From Candidatus Spongiisociaceae bacterium (lineage in GTDB: Bacteria; Actinomycetota; Acidimicrobiia; Spongiisociales; Spongiisociaceae): DNA of 64,000 nt. The notes under the pieces are model-generated. The model saw nothing but the letters and a program-made list of their open reading frames with translations, was not told the origin of the DNA and did no database searches. Where the stretch lies: contig OZ253564.1 of NCBI GenBank assembly GCA_965262915.1, forward strand, positions 1,824,001 to 1,888,000, in the 5' to 3' direction. A program made the position numbers and the translations under genes. Numbering within the stretch: the stretch's first letter is position 1; each line of letters starts with the position of its first letter. Of the stretch, positions 42,439 through 51,428 are shown piece after piece.

Positions 42439-42612
42439 AATAGGAGATAGTCGGTCGGACCTGAGTCGGTGGGCACCTCCCGTACGGCCACCTCCCGTAC
42501 GGCCACCCCAGAGCCTCCGCCACCGCGGCATGCTGGTAATCCTGCACTACCCAACCGCATGCCACAAGTTGCTGATCGACTTCGATGCGAGCGCGATTCT
42601 CGGCGTTTACGT
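42439..42612 (-). pseudogene. N-terminal fragment of a type I restriction HsdR (EcoEI-like)
   Basis: E..ARIEVDQQL..CGW.VQD, then GVAVRE(VAVRE)VPTDSGPTDYLLF in a shifted frame; 15-bp duplication. Confidence 0.7.
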
Positions 42613-42739
42613 AGTCAAGAAGTCGATTGTCCTGACCCGCCACGGATTCGGCCGCTGCGCTCATCAACGATGAGGTTACACGGCAGGTGTGACACGACCG
42701 ACAGGCCTGCTCAGCGGCGTGTAGTGGCCAGTTACCGCC

Positions 42740-42937
42740 TTACGGGAGTCGCGCCAGTATTGCTGTACCCATGGCGAACACAGCCCCCAGAGTGGCCAAT
42801 CCTATGCCGGCGGTCCACTGAGTCATTCGCAGCATGTCCCGGCGGAGGTCCGCCACGGCTTTCGCCATCTCCGTTTGCAGTTCGCCTCTTACTGCGTCGT
42901 CCTTCGCGTCCACCAAGGACTCGGTGAGTGTGGTCAT
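42740..42937 (-). CDS. Short coiled-coil plus C-terminal TM protein (DUF1640/CCDC90-like fragment)
   Basis: ELQTEMA....DLRRDM...TQW.AG plus hydrophobic tail. Confidence 0.5.
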   Translation of the reverse strand: MTTLTESLVDAKDDAVRGELQTEMAKAVADLRRDMLRMTQWTAGIGLATLGAVFAMGTAILARLP

Positions 42938-43053
42938 ACCGTGGTCCCTGTTGTGATTGTCGAAAGCCGAAGCGTCTTGCTCTTGCCGGCAGCCCTGTGA
43001 CGCGGCAGCGTATACGTCTCTCCGGGTAGGTCACGTATTACTACGTTTGACAT
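42934..43053 (-). pseudogene. FitA/Arc-like RHH antitoxin remnant (39 aa, not in ORF track)
   Basis: Manual translation MSNVVIRDLPGETYTLPRHRAAGKSKTL...; CATAAT six nt before the ATG. Confidence 0.5.
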
Positions 43054-43108
43054 AGTTGTATTATGACACTGCTCCGTTCTGAGCACAAGCGTCAGGAGTC
43101 ATCGCCGG

Positions 43109-44329
43109 TCATACCGGATAGTTGCTGGCGTGGGGTCGGGCCAGGGCTGCAGCGACGAGCGTGATCGCCGAGAAGACGATTACCACAACGCCGAAGGCCT
43201 TGGGGGTTCCGTCGTTGAACAGGCCAACCGCGGCACTGCCACCGGCCCCTATGGCGAAGCGGGCGAAGGTGGAGAACGCGGAGGCGCTGCCCGCCATGTC
43301 GGGGAACTCGTCCAGCACCCCGGCGAGGGTGCCCGGCGTCACCAGGTGCGTCAGGGACACTACGATCGCCGAGGCACACACCAGGCCGGCCAGACCCCCG
43401 AAGTCGGTCCGGGTCACCCACCAGAGCACTGCAGCACACCCCGCAAGGCACACGCTGCCGACCAGGACCACCCGGTGATATCCGATCCTCAGAACGTATC
43501 GGATGTTGAACGCCTGGGCCAGCCAGGCGCCGACCACGCCGACGCCGAACAGCGCCCCGAACCACTGCTTATCGAAGCCGTAGTAGTCGATGAAGATGAA
43601 AGGACTGGCCGCCAGGTAGGAGAACAACACGGCCGCCGCCGCGCCGCCGGCGACCCCATTCGCCACCGCCACCCGCGATCGGACTATGGACGCGTAGCTG
43701 CGCAGGCCGGTGGCCAGGTCGAGCGGGCGGCGACGGTCCGGTGGAAGGGTTTCCGGGAGCCAGGCCCACGCGGCTACGAACATCAGCCCTCCGATAACTG
43801 CCAGCACCACGAAGATGGCGCGCCAACTCCAGACGAGGAGCAGGAACCCGCCCAGGAACGGGGCGACGATCGGCGCGCCGAGTATGACCACCGTCAGCAC
43901 CGACATGGCGCGTGCCAGGGCGTTGCCGGAGAGGATGTCACGGAACATACTCCGCGCCAGAGCTACCGACGTCCCGCCGCAGGCTGCTTGTGCAAGTCGG
44001 AGCCCGATCATCATCTCCACCGATCCGGCTGCCGCGATCAACAGGCTCACCAGCGAGTAGACGACCAGCGCTCCCAGGATCAGCCCGCGACGTCCTATCG
44101 CGTCCGAGACCGGGCCGAACACGATCGGCCCGATGACCAGGCCCAGCAAGAATATGGTGACGGTCATCTGTGCGGTCCCGTCGGATGCGCCCAGTGAAGA
44201 GGCCAGCTCGGGAAGCGCGGGCAGGTACATGTCGACCGAGAGCGGCCCCAGTGACGATACGAAGCCCAATATGAGGTAGAGGCCGAGGCTCACGTCGACC
44301 TGCCGCGACTTTCCGGCGCCAAGACTCAT
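43109..44329 (-). CDS. Bcr/CflA family multidrug efflux MFS transporter
   Basis: PLSVDMYLPALP, GPVSDAIGRR, APFLGG, WRAIF, LPET. Confidence 0.93.
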   Translation of the reverse strand: MSLGAGKSRQVDVSLGLYLILGFVSSLGPLSVDMYLPALPELASSLGASDGTAQMTVTIFLLGLVIGPIVFGPVSDAIGRRGLILGALVVYSLVSLLIAAAGSVEMMIGLRLAQAACGGTSVALARSMFRDILSGNALARAMSVLTVVILGAPIVAPFLGGFLLLVWSWRAIFVVLAVIGGLMFVAAWAWLPETLPPDRRRPLDLATGLRSYASIVRSRVAVANGVAGGAAAAVLFSYLAASPFIFIDYYGFDKQWFGALFGVGVVGAWLAQAFNIRYVLRIGYHRVVLVGSVCLAGCAAVLWWVTRTDFGGLAGLVCASAIVVSLTHLVTPGTLAGVLDEFPDMAGSASAFSTFARFAIGAGGSAAVGLFNDGTPKAFGVVVIVFSAITLVAAALARPHASNYPV

Positions 44330-44575
44330 ACGGCGTGTCCCGGGCGAGGCTCTACCGGCCGGGCCGGCAGCGGAGCTCGACGGTCGAACCCTCGAGTGAT
44401 GAGGCCTGGTGGTAGCGCCTGATCCCGAGATGACCCGTGGAGAGGGTGCCCGGAAGGAGTCGGGTGACGTTCTCGGGCATCATCCTCGTCTTCTCCGGCC
44501 ATGCTCGCTCGATGCCGGCGACGGATCCACCCCACTCGGTTCGGAACGGGCGGTTGTCTGGCTCGAAGTCGGGGA

Positions 44576-46138
44576 TCACCACCGGGTGCCTTGGCCGGTC
44601 ACCTCTTCGACGGGGAGCTTGATCGGGTAGTGGTTTCGGATCCACTCGTCCTGGGCGCGCGTCACGTGGGTGGGAAAGTGCGTGCGCATGACTCTGCTGA
44701 CGTGTTCGTTGGCGCGCTCGGCGGCGTTGGTGGCGCCCAGGTCCTTCCAGTCGTCGGGGTTGTTGCGGTCTCCGATCATCGGGTAGACGTACTCCCGCTG
44801 CATCAGATGGAGGGTTTGAGCGCTTCCGAGGAAGTGGCCCGGGCCGAAGATCGTATCCTGGATGACCTGGGCGGAAAGGGTCGAATCGTCGATGTCGACG
44901 CCCCGGATGGTGCGGTTGACGGACCCGAGCATGTCGTTGTCGATCACCAGGGCGTCCAGAGAGAAACCCAGCAGTGACGCCAGCATCCCAGCCGACTCGT
45001 ACACGAGGTTGGCGCCGGCCTGACCGGCGAGGAGCGTTGTTATGCCCTTCTCGTAACCGGCCTGGTTGTCGGGGAGCTTGGAGTCGGCCATGCCCGCCGC
45101 CACGCCGGAAGGCAGGCCCAGCCAGTTGGCCATCTGGGCGGCGGCGGCGTTGAGGACGGCCTCCTCTCCCGAGCCGCCGCTCATGGCACCGGTGCGGAGG
45201 TCCGACACGAACGGCCACAGGCCCATCACGCACGGATGCCCGGGGCTGATCAGGTTGACGCTGGTCAGGCCGGCCAGGCATTCGGCCAAGGCTTGGACCA
45301 GCGATCCTCCCAGGGCGGCGGGGGAGGTGGCGCCTGCTTGGCCGGCGGAGAGCAGGTTGATGGGCATCCCGGTCCGGATCTGGGCCACCATGCACTCGGT
45401 GGATTCGTAGGCGAAGCGAAGGGGCGGCACGACGAAGGTGTTGTTGGCGCACACGAAGGGGCGCCGGCGGAACTCTCCTTCGCCCCCCAACACGTAGTCG
45501 TACATGTCGACCACCTGGTAGACATGCTCGGGCCGGAAGAAGGAGGTTCCCTGTGGCTTGTCGGTGCCCATCATCGTGGCGTAGGCGGTGTTGATGTCGA
45601 CTTCGCGGGATGTCTTGAGATCGCGGGTCACGATGGTCCGCACGAAGAAGTGGATGTGTTCGAGGGTGTCGATCAGGCGGGCGGCGTCGTAGAGGTCGAG
45701 AGTGGTGGTGGGGCGGAACTCGCGGGTGTGGTAGTCCAGCATCAGGACGGCTGCGCCGGCGGTGCCGAAATGGACCTTCGTACCGGACAGGTCCATGCTC
45801 TTATCCTCGTCGAGCCCATGCCAGACCCAGGATTTGGCGGCCACCTCCTCGACGACCCGTTCCACGACTGCTCGCGGATAGTGGAGCCGGTTCCCGTCGT
45901 CCAGATGCCCGCCCGCCGCGGTCACCGCTTCCGCGAACTCGGGGATCGGGTCCCCCATTCCGATCTCGTCGATCAGCCCGAGAGCCGTCTCGTAGACCCG
46001 CTGCATATCGGATTCGGTCAGTGGAGCGTAGGCACCCCCCTTGAAACCGGGACGTACGGCGCGCTCGTCAGCCGTGGGACCCGCGGCCCGCGCAGCCACT
46101 CGGGCGGCGCGACCTCCAGCTCGTCTGCGTCGCGCCAT
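44576..46138 (-). CDS. Trimethylamine methyltransferase (MttB) superfamily, non-pyrrolysine; candidate quaternary-amine demethylase
   Basis: GATSPAAL.G.L....AE.LAG, DLRTGAMSGG, DSK.PD.QAGYEK, GPGHFLG; no in-frame TAG. Confidence 0.9.
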   Translation of the reverse strand: MARRRRAGGRAARVAARAAGPTADERAVRPGFKGGAYAPLTESDMQRVYETALGLIDEIGMGDPIPEFAEAVTAAGGHLDDGNRLHYPRAVVERVVEEVAAKSWVWHGLDEDKSMDLSGTKVHFGTAGAAVLMLDYHTREFRPTTTLDLYDAARLIDTLEHIHFFVRTIVTRDLKTSREVDINTAYATMMGTDKPQGTSFFRPEHVYQVVDMYDYVLGGEGEFRRRPFVCANNTFVVPPLRFAYESTECMVAQIRTGMPINLLSAGQAGATSPAALGGSLVQALAECLAGLTSVNLISPGHPCVMGLWPFVSDLRTGAMSGGSGEEAVLNAAAAQMANWLGLPSGVAAGMADSKLPDNQAGYEKGITTLLAGQAGANLVYESAGMLASLLGFSLDALVIDNDMLGSVNRTIRGVDIDDSTLSAQVIQDTIFGPGHFLGSAQTLHLMQREYVYPMIGDRNNPDDWKDLGATNAAERANEHVSRVMRTHFPTHVTRAQDEWIRNHYPIKLPVEEVTGQGTRW

Positions 46139-46139
46139 G

Positions 46140-48557
46140 TCAGGCCCTCAACCTTTCGCTCCGGGGGTCCCAGACCGCCTCTGCCAGCACCGTGGCCGCT
46201 CGGCGGCGGTTCATCACGTCCACTTCGAAGGTCGAACCGGGAGCTTCGAACTCCGGGTCGACGTAGGCGAACAGGATGCTGCGGCCCACCGAGTGCGCCC
46301 ACGTTCCGCTGGTGGTAATTCCCATGATCCGGTCTCCGTCATAGGTCGGTTCGTTGCCCAGGCAGTCGGCATCGCCCTCGTCGAGCTCGGCGTACACCAG
46401 GACCATAGTGAGCGGCTCGGTCTGGTCCCGCCGGGCCACGGTGGCTTGCTTGCCTTGGAAGGTCCCTCGATAGTCCACGAAGCGGCCCAGGCGGGCTTCG
46501 ACCGGGGTGATCTCGGTGGTGAGCTCGGAACCGAACGCCTTGTAGGCTTTCTCGAGACGCATCACGTTCATGGCTCGGCTTCCGAAGTCGACGATTCCGT
46601 AAGGGGCGCCGGACTTGTGAATTGCTTCGTATGCCTCCACCAAGTGCTCCAGAGGCATGTGCAGCTCCCATCCCAGTTCCCCGACGTAGGAGACCCGCAA
46701 GGCGATGCAGGGGACGCCCGCCACTTCGATCTCCTGGCCCGTGAGCCAGCGGAACGCCTCGTTGGAGAGATCGGCCTCTGTGAGCCCGGCCAGCACCTCC
46801 CTGGAGTGGGGCCCGGTCACAGCCAGGATACCGGTCTGGTCGGTCACATCGACCACCGATACGTCCTCACCTTCCAGGATGTGGAAGGTGAGCCAGTCGA
46901 AGTCGTGCTGCTGGCCGACGATCGCCGAGTTCAGGTAGAAGCGGTCGGGGGCAAGGCGGGTGATAGTCATCTCGGTCTCGATGCCCCCCAGCGTGGTGAG
47001 CATGTGCACCAGCCGCATCCCCCCGTCGCGCGCGGGAAGGCGGTTGGCCGACAGGCGGTCGAGCAGGGTGGCGGCGTCGGTTCCGGTCACCTCGAACTTG
47101 GAGAAGGCGGTGAGGTCTGCGATCCCCACCCGGTCCCGGATAGCCCTCACTTCGCTCCCTACCTCGTCGTGGGCCGAGGAGCGGCGGAACGAATACATCT
47201 CCGGATCGGGAGAGAAGTACATGGCCCGTTCCCAACCCCACACCTCCTGCCAGCGAGCGCCCTTCGCGTCGAGGATGTCGTAGAGGGGGGTCTGCTTCAT
47301 CGGGCGGCCCGCATCCCGGTACTCGTTGGGCATCCGCACCTGGTACATCTCGTGGAATTCGTCGATCGAGCGCTCGTGGGTGTAGCGGCCGGGCGCGTAG
47401 GGGCCGAAGCGGCGGGGGTCCATCGCGGCCACGTTGATCTCGGTCTGGCCGTGGACCATCCACTGCGCCAGGTACTTGCCGGCCCCGGGTCCTTGGGTTA
47501 TGCCGATCGAGGCGCCCGCGCAGTACCAGTAGTTACGTAGCCCCGGAGCCGGGCCCATCAGGTAGCCGGCGTCGGGAGTATGGGTGATCGGCCCCGATAC
47601 CACCTGCTTGATGCCGGCACCGGCGAAGCAGGGGAGCCTCTGCGAGGCCAGGTCCAGCCAGGGCAGCAGGCGGTCCAGTTCCACCGGGGTGAGGTGGAAG
47701 GTGAGACCCCAGTCGATACCCTCCACACCGTACTCCTTGGCCTCGGCCCGTTCGTAGGGCCCGATAAGGAGACCGTCGTGCTCCTGGCGGTAGTAGCAGG
47801 AAGCCCGGGGATCGCGCACGACGGGATGCTCGGTCTCCAGCGCCGCCACCTCCTCTATACGCTCGGTGACCAGGTACTGGTGGATCACCGACTCTATGGG
47901 GACCTCGAGGCCCACCATGGCCCCCAACTGGGGAGCGTAGGAGCCGGCCGCGTTGACCACGTGCTCTGCAACGATGCGGCCTTTCTGGGTGATGACCTCC
48001 CAACGCCCGTCGGGAAGCAGGTTCATGTCGGTCACCCGGTTCTTGCGGCTGATTTCGGCGCCCAGGTTGCGGGCCCCCACCGCCATGGTGTTGGTGGCGG
48101 CGGAGGGATCGGTCCAACCGTCGCCCGGGGTCCATATGCCCAGCTTGATATCCGGCTCGACGTCGAGGAGGGGCGCCACCTCGGTGATCTCCGCCGGGCT
48201 CAGGAGGTGGCACTCCACCCCGATCAACTCCAGCATGCCCTTGACGTAGTAGAACCAGTCGACCTCGTTGTCGTATCTGGCCAGGCGCACCGCTCCGCAC
48301 CCGTGCCATCCCGAGTGCATTCCGGTCTCCTGTTCGATCACCTTGTAGAGGTCGGCGGTGTCCCGGTGGACCTTGGCCGTGTTGAGGTCGCCGATGAAGT
48401 GGGGTATCAGGCCGGCGGCATGCCAGGTGGAGCCTGAGGTCAGTTCGTCCTTCTCGATGAGGATGGTGTCGGTCCAGCCTTCGTGGGCGAGGAAGTAGAG
48501 GAGACCGACGCCCATGGCGCCCCCGCCTACGATCGCGACCTGGGCCTCGTCGCGCAT
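46140..48557 (-). CDS. GcvT-family FAD oxidoreductase (dimethylglycine dehydrogenase-like)
   Basis: GGGAMG, LTSGSTWHAAG, GPITHTPD, GWERA, RVSYVGELGWELH, RLEKAY; GGAGG SD. Confidence 0.9.
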   Translation of the reverse strand: MRDEAQVAIVGGGAMGVGLLYFLAHEGWTDTILIEKDELTSGSTWHAAGLIPHFIGDLNTAKVHRDTADLYKVIEQETGMHSGWHGCGAVRLARYDNEVDWFYYVKGMLELIGVECHLLSPAEITEVAPLLDVEPDIKLGIWTPGDGWTDPSAATNTMAVGARNLGAEISRKNRVTDMNLLPDGRWEVITQKGRIVAEHVVNAAGSYAPQLGAMVGLEVPIESVIHQYLVTERIEEVAALETEHPVVRDPRASCYYRQEHDGLLIGPYERAEAKEYGVEGIDWGLTFHLTPVELDRLLPWLDLASQRLPCFAGAGIKQVVSGPITHTPDAGYLMGPAPGLRNYWYCAGASIGITQGPGAGKYLAQWMVHGQTEINVAAMDPRRFGPYAPGRYTHERSIDEFHEMYQVRMPNEYRDAGRPMKQTPLYDILDAKGARWQEVWGWERAMYFSPDPEMYSFRRSSAHDEVGSEVRAIRDRVGIADLTAFSKFEVTGTDAATLLDRLSANRLPARDGGMRLVHMLTTLGGIETEMTITRLAPDRFYLNSAIVGQQHDFDWLTFHILEGEDVSVVDVTDQTGILAVTGPHSREVLAGLTEADLSNEAFRWLTGQEIEVAGVPCIALRVSYVGELGWELHMPLEHLVEAYEAIHKSGAPYGIVDFGSRAMNVMRLEKAYKAFGSELTTEITPVEARLGRFVDYRGTFQGKQATVARRDQTEPLTMVLVYAELDEGDADCLGNEPTYDGDRIMGITTSGTWAHSVGRSILFAYVDPEFEAPGSTFEVDVMNRRRAATVLAEAVWDPRSERLRA

Positions 48558-48698
48558 GCTCGTTCCTCCGACGACTCTGAGTACGGGATGCCTCGGCACC
48601 CCGCCTGTTCCGGGTGTACGGTACTCCCCCGAGGGACGAGGATAGTGCCTAGCGGGGGTGTTATTACCCACATCTGCGGGATGTTCTCGGCGGTGTTC

Positions 48699-49610
48699 CT
48701 AGAGTCGGGTCAGGAGGTATTGGGCGGCCATCAGGTCGAGGTGACCACCGCCGGCGTTCTTGAAGAAGGTGATGTCGTCTGCATGGGTCCGGCCTGGAAC
48801 TGCGCCGGTCACGAGTTGGCGGTGATCGCCGAGTACGTCCCCCGCTGTTATGGCCCCGGTGTTCATCGGGATTCCGATCTCGCCGGTATCGAAGGCGGAG
48901 TCCCGCGAGTCCACGAACACGCGGGATCGTGCGATCGCGTCGTCGTCCGCTTCGCGCATGTGAGGTAGGTAGGCGCCGACCAGGTCGAGGTGGGTTCCGG
49001 GACGCAGCCATGCCCCCCGGATGAGCGGTTCCACCGTCATCGTCGCGCACGACACGATGTCGGCCGTCTCGACCGCCACCTTGAGGTCGGCGGTCACTCT
49101 CACATCGAGATCGGCCAACTCTGCTGCCAAGGCTTCCGCTCGATCAGTCGTGCGGTTCCAGATCGTCACCTCCTGGATCGACGGGCGGGCCGCCATATGT
49201 GCCCGGATCAGATGCGGCGCCATGGCCCCAGCCCCCACCATCAACAAACTGGCGGCCTCGGACCGGGCGAGATACCTGGATGCCAGCGCAGAATCACATG
49301 CGGTTTTGAACCAAGTGAGGGCGTTGCCGACTATCACGGCGCGCTCCTGGCCGGTGACCGGGTCGAACACGACATAGACAGTGTGGATGGAAGGGAGGTC
49401 GATGTTCCCCGGAAATATCGTGGCCAGCTTTATGCCCAGACCGGCTCGGGCCGCGAATCCGGCTCTGGCCAGCAGGCCGTTACCGTCGCTGTCATCCGTG
49501 TAGAGGTCGGCTACCCGGGCCGGAGTCAATCGGTGACAAGCCTCGAAGAAATCGATGAGAGGTTCGTACTCCAGCAACTCCAAGGCGTCTTGATGGGATA
49601 AGACCTTCAT
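48699..49610 (-). CDS. Ornithine cyclodeaminase / mu-crystallin family protein
   Basis: K..TIFPGN, LT..KTA.DSALA..YLAR, GAGAMA, IWNRT, PGTHLDLVGA, ITFFKN.G....DL. Confidence 0.9.
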   Translation of the reverse strand: MKVLSHQDALELLEYEPLIDFFEACHRLTPARVADLYTDDSDGNGLLARAGFAARAGLGIKLATIFPGNIDLPSIHTVYVVFDPVTGQERAVIVGNALTWFKTACDSALASRYLARSEAASLLMVGAGAMAPHLIRAHMAARPSIQEVTIWNRTTDRAEALAAELADLDVRVTADLKVAVETADIVSCATMTVEPLIRGAWLRPGTHLDLVGAYLPHMREADDDAIARSRVFVDSRDSAFDTGEIGIPMNTGAITAGDVLGDHRQLVTGAVPGRTHADDITFFKNAGGGHLDLMAAQYLLTRL

Positions 49611-49631
49611 CGCCGGCCACGCTAGCGGCAA

Positions 49632-49853
49632 GTGTCGGGTGTCGGGTGTCGGGTGTCGGGTGTCGGGTGTCGGGTGTCGGGTGTCGGGTGTCGGGTGTTT
49701 TCGGGTGCCAGGTGCCAGGTGTCAGGTGTCAGGTGTTTTCGGGTGCCAGGTGCCAGGTGCCAGGTGCCAGGTGCCAGGTTTCAGGTGCCAGGTTTCAGGT
49801 GTCAGGTTTCAGGTGTCGGGTTTCAGGTGTCGGGTGTCGGGGGTCGGCTGTCA
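49632..49853 (+). repeat. Heptameric tandem repeat array (about 30 units; GGTGTCG/GGTGCCA/GGTGTCA/GGTTTCA)
   Basis: Directly visible; further units at 26578-26587, 28070-28095, 49949-49957, 51451-51487, 51714-51744. Confidence 0.97.
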
Positions 49854-49964
49854 GTGGTGACTGGCGGGACTGAAGGATGCCCGGTGCCGCTTATCTGTGT
49901 CGGTCACTCGCCCGTTCCGTAGCTGGCCACAGAACCCATCATCAAGGACTGACACCTAATGGGG

Positions 49965-50153
49965 GTCCACCACTTCTGCCGGTTTGTCTGGGAGGGTGTG
50001 GTGGTTGAGCTGGCCGGCCGGTGAGTACTGATGGCACCCGGAACGCTGATTCCTAGTGCTAGAGCGTACCCCGGCCGGTTCGCGAGGGCCGCTTGTAGCG
50101 CTCATGGGGTGGCGTGCCATAGAGCACTGATCCATTAGGTCGCCGCCAGGCGT
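49965..50153 (+). ncRNA. Putative bridge RNA of IS110 copy 2
   Basis: 5' hairpin 49967-50004; target loop TGGCACC (50032-50038) / GTGCTAG (50056-50062); donor loop TGGGGTG (50105-50111) / CCATTAG (50132-50138). Confidence 0.8.
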
Positions 50154-50204
50154 TTCCTCTGCAGCTCTGCTGAGAGTAGACCCACGCAAGAGGGAGGCGA
50201 AGGG

Positions 50205-51428
50205 ATGTTGTTTGTTGGTAACGACTGGGCTGAGGGCCACCATGATGTGTGTCTGATGGACGAGGGGGGATCCCGGCTGGGTTTCGCCCGTCTCCCGGAA
50301 GGCCTGGCGGGTGTGGCCAAGTTGCATGAGATGATCGCCGAGCACGCATCGGATCCGGCTGACGTGGTGGTAGGAATCGAGACAGATCGTGGGCTGTGGG
50401 TTGGTGCGCTCATTGGGGCCGGCTATCAGGTGTATGCGATCAACCCTAGGGCGGTTTCCCGTTACCGGGACCGTCACAGCCTGGGCGGAGCGAAATCAGA
50501 CCGCGGTGATGCCAAGGTGTTAGCGGATCTGGTACGCACCGACCGTCACAACCACCGCCGGGTGGCCGGTGACAGTCCCGGGGCGGAAGGTATCAAGATC
50601 GTGGCCAGAACCCACCAGAACCTGATCTGGGCGAGGGTGCGTCACACCAACCAGTTACGCAACGCTCTGCGCGAATACTACCCCGCAGCGCTGGAAACGT
50701 TCGCTGACCTGGCCCATTCCGACGCTGTGGCCGTACTGGGTCGGGCACCTGTCCCCAGCATGGGCGCCCGCCTGACGTTGCCCCAGATCCGAGCTGCGCT
50801 CAAAGCGGGCGGACGGAAACGCAACCTCGATCCGGTCGCCCGCAAAATACAGAACGGCCTCCGCGCCGCTCACCTCAGCGCACCCCCGGCGGTCGCCGAC
50901 GCCTTCGGAGCGACCGTGGGGGCACTGGTGAGCATCATCGCGGAGGCCAACCGCCAGATCAGCCAACTCGAAGCAACCCTCCAGACCCGTTTTGAGCAGC
51001 ACCCGGACGCCGTCATCTACCACTCCCAGCCAGGACTCGGTACTGTGCTCGGCGCCCGGGCGCTCGATAAGTGTTCGGGGACGACCCCCACCGTTACACC
51101 GGGGCCAAGTCCCGCCGCAACTACGCCGGAACGTCGCCCATCACAGTGGCGTCAGGCCGCAAACGTGCTGTCCTGGCCCGCCACGTCCGAAAAGCGGCGT
51201 CTCTACGACGCCCTGGACCAATGGGCGTTCTGTTCCCTAACCCCAAGCCCAGGAGCCCGAGCCTTCTACGACCAGAAACGAGCAGCCGGCGACCTCCACC
51301 ACCAAGCACTCCGAGCCCTAGCCAACCGCCTCGTAGGCATCCTCCACGGCTGCCTCAAACACCGAACGCCCTACAACGAACACACCGCCTGGGCACACCG
51401 AACCACCATCGACCAAGCCGCAGCTTGA
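50205..51428 (+). pseudogene. IS110 recombinase; full-length ORF with an internal out-of-frame segment (two offsetting frameshifts)
   Basis: DEDD domain intact; FGDDP...YAGTSPITVASG is read only in another frame (about 51070-51190). Confidence 0.85.

Noticed and set aside
44352-44579. Small ORF coupled to the mttB stop (VIPDFEPDNRPFRTEWGG...)
   Set aside because: The GTGA overlap is suggestive, but it is too short and unrecognised to call; may be a remnant.
44576-46138. Pyrrolysine-containing TMA methyltransferase
   Set aside because: Continuous ORF with no amber codon and no pyl genes in the window.
48560-48702. Glycine/THF riboswitch or MITE before the GcvT-family gene
   Set aside because: Hairpins and two CTAGs are present, but no riboswitch consensus and only weak resemblance to family A.
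49632-49922. CRISPR array or repeat-protein ORFs (MSGVGCRV...)
   Set aside because: 7-bp units with no spacers and no cas genes; ORFs in all three frames are artefacts of a stop-free heptamer.
51185-51200. Programmed -1 frameshift at CGAAAAG in the IS110 gene
   Set aside because: The conserved C-terminus is in the +1 frame; a -1 shift gives unrelated sequence (KSGVST...).
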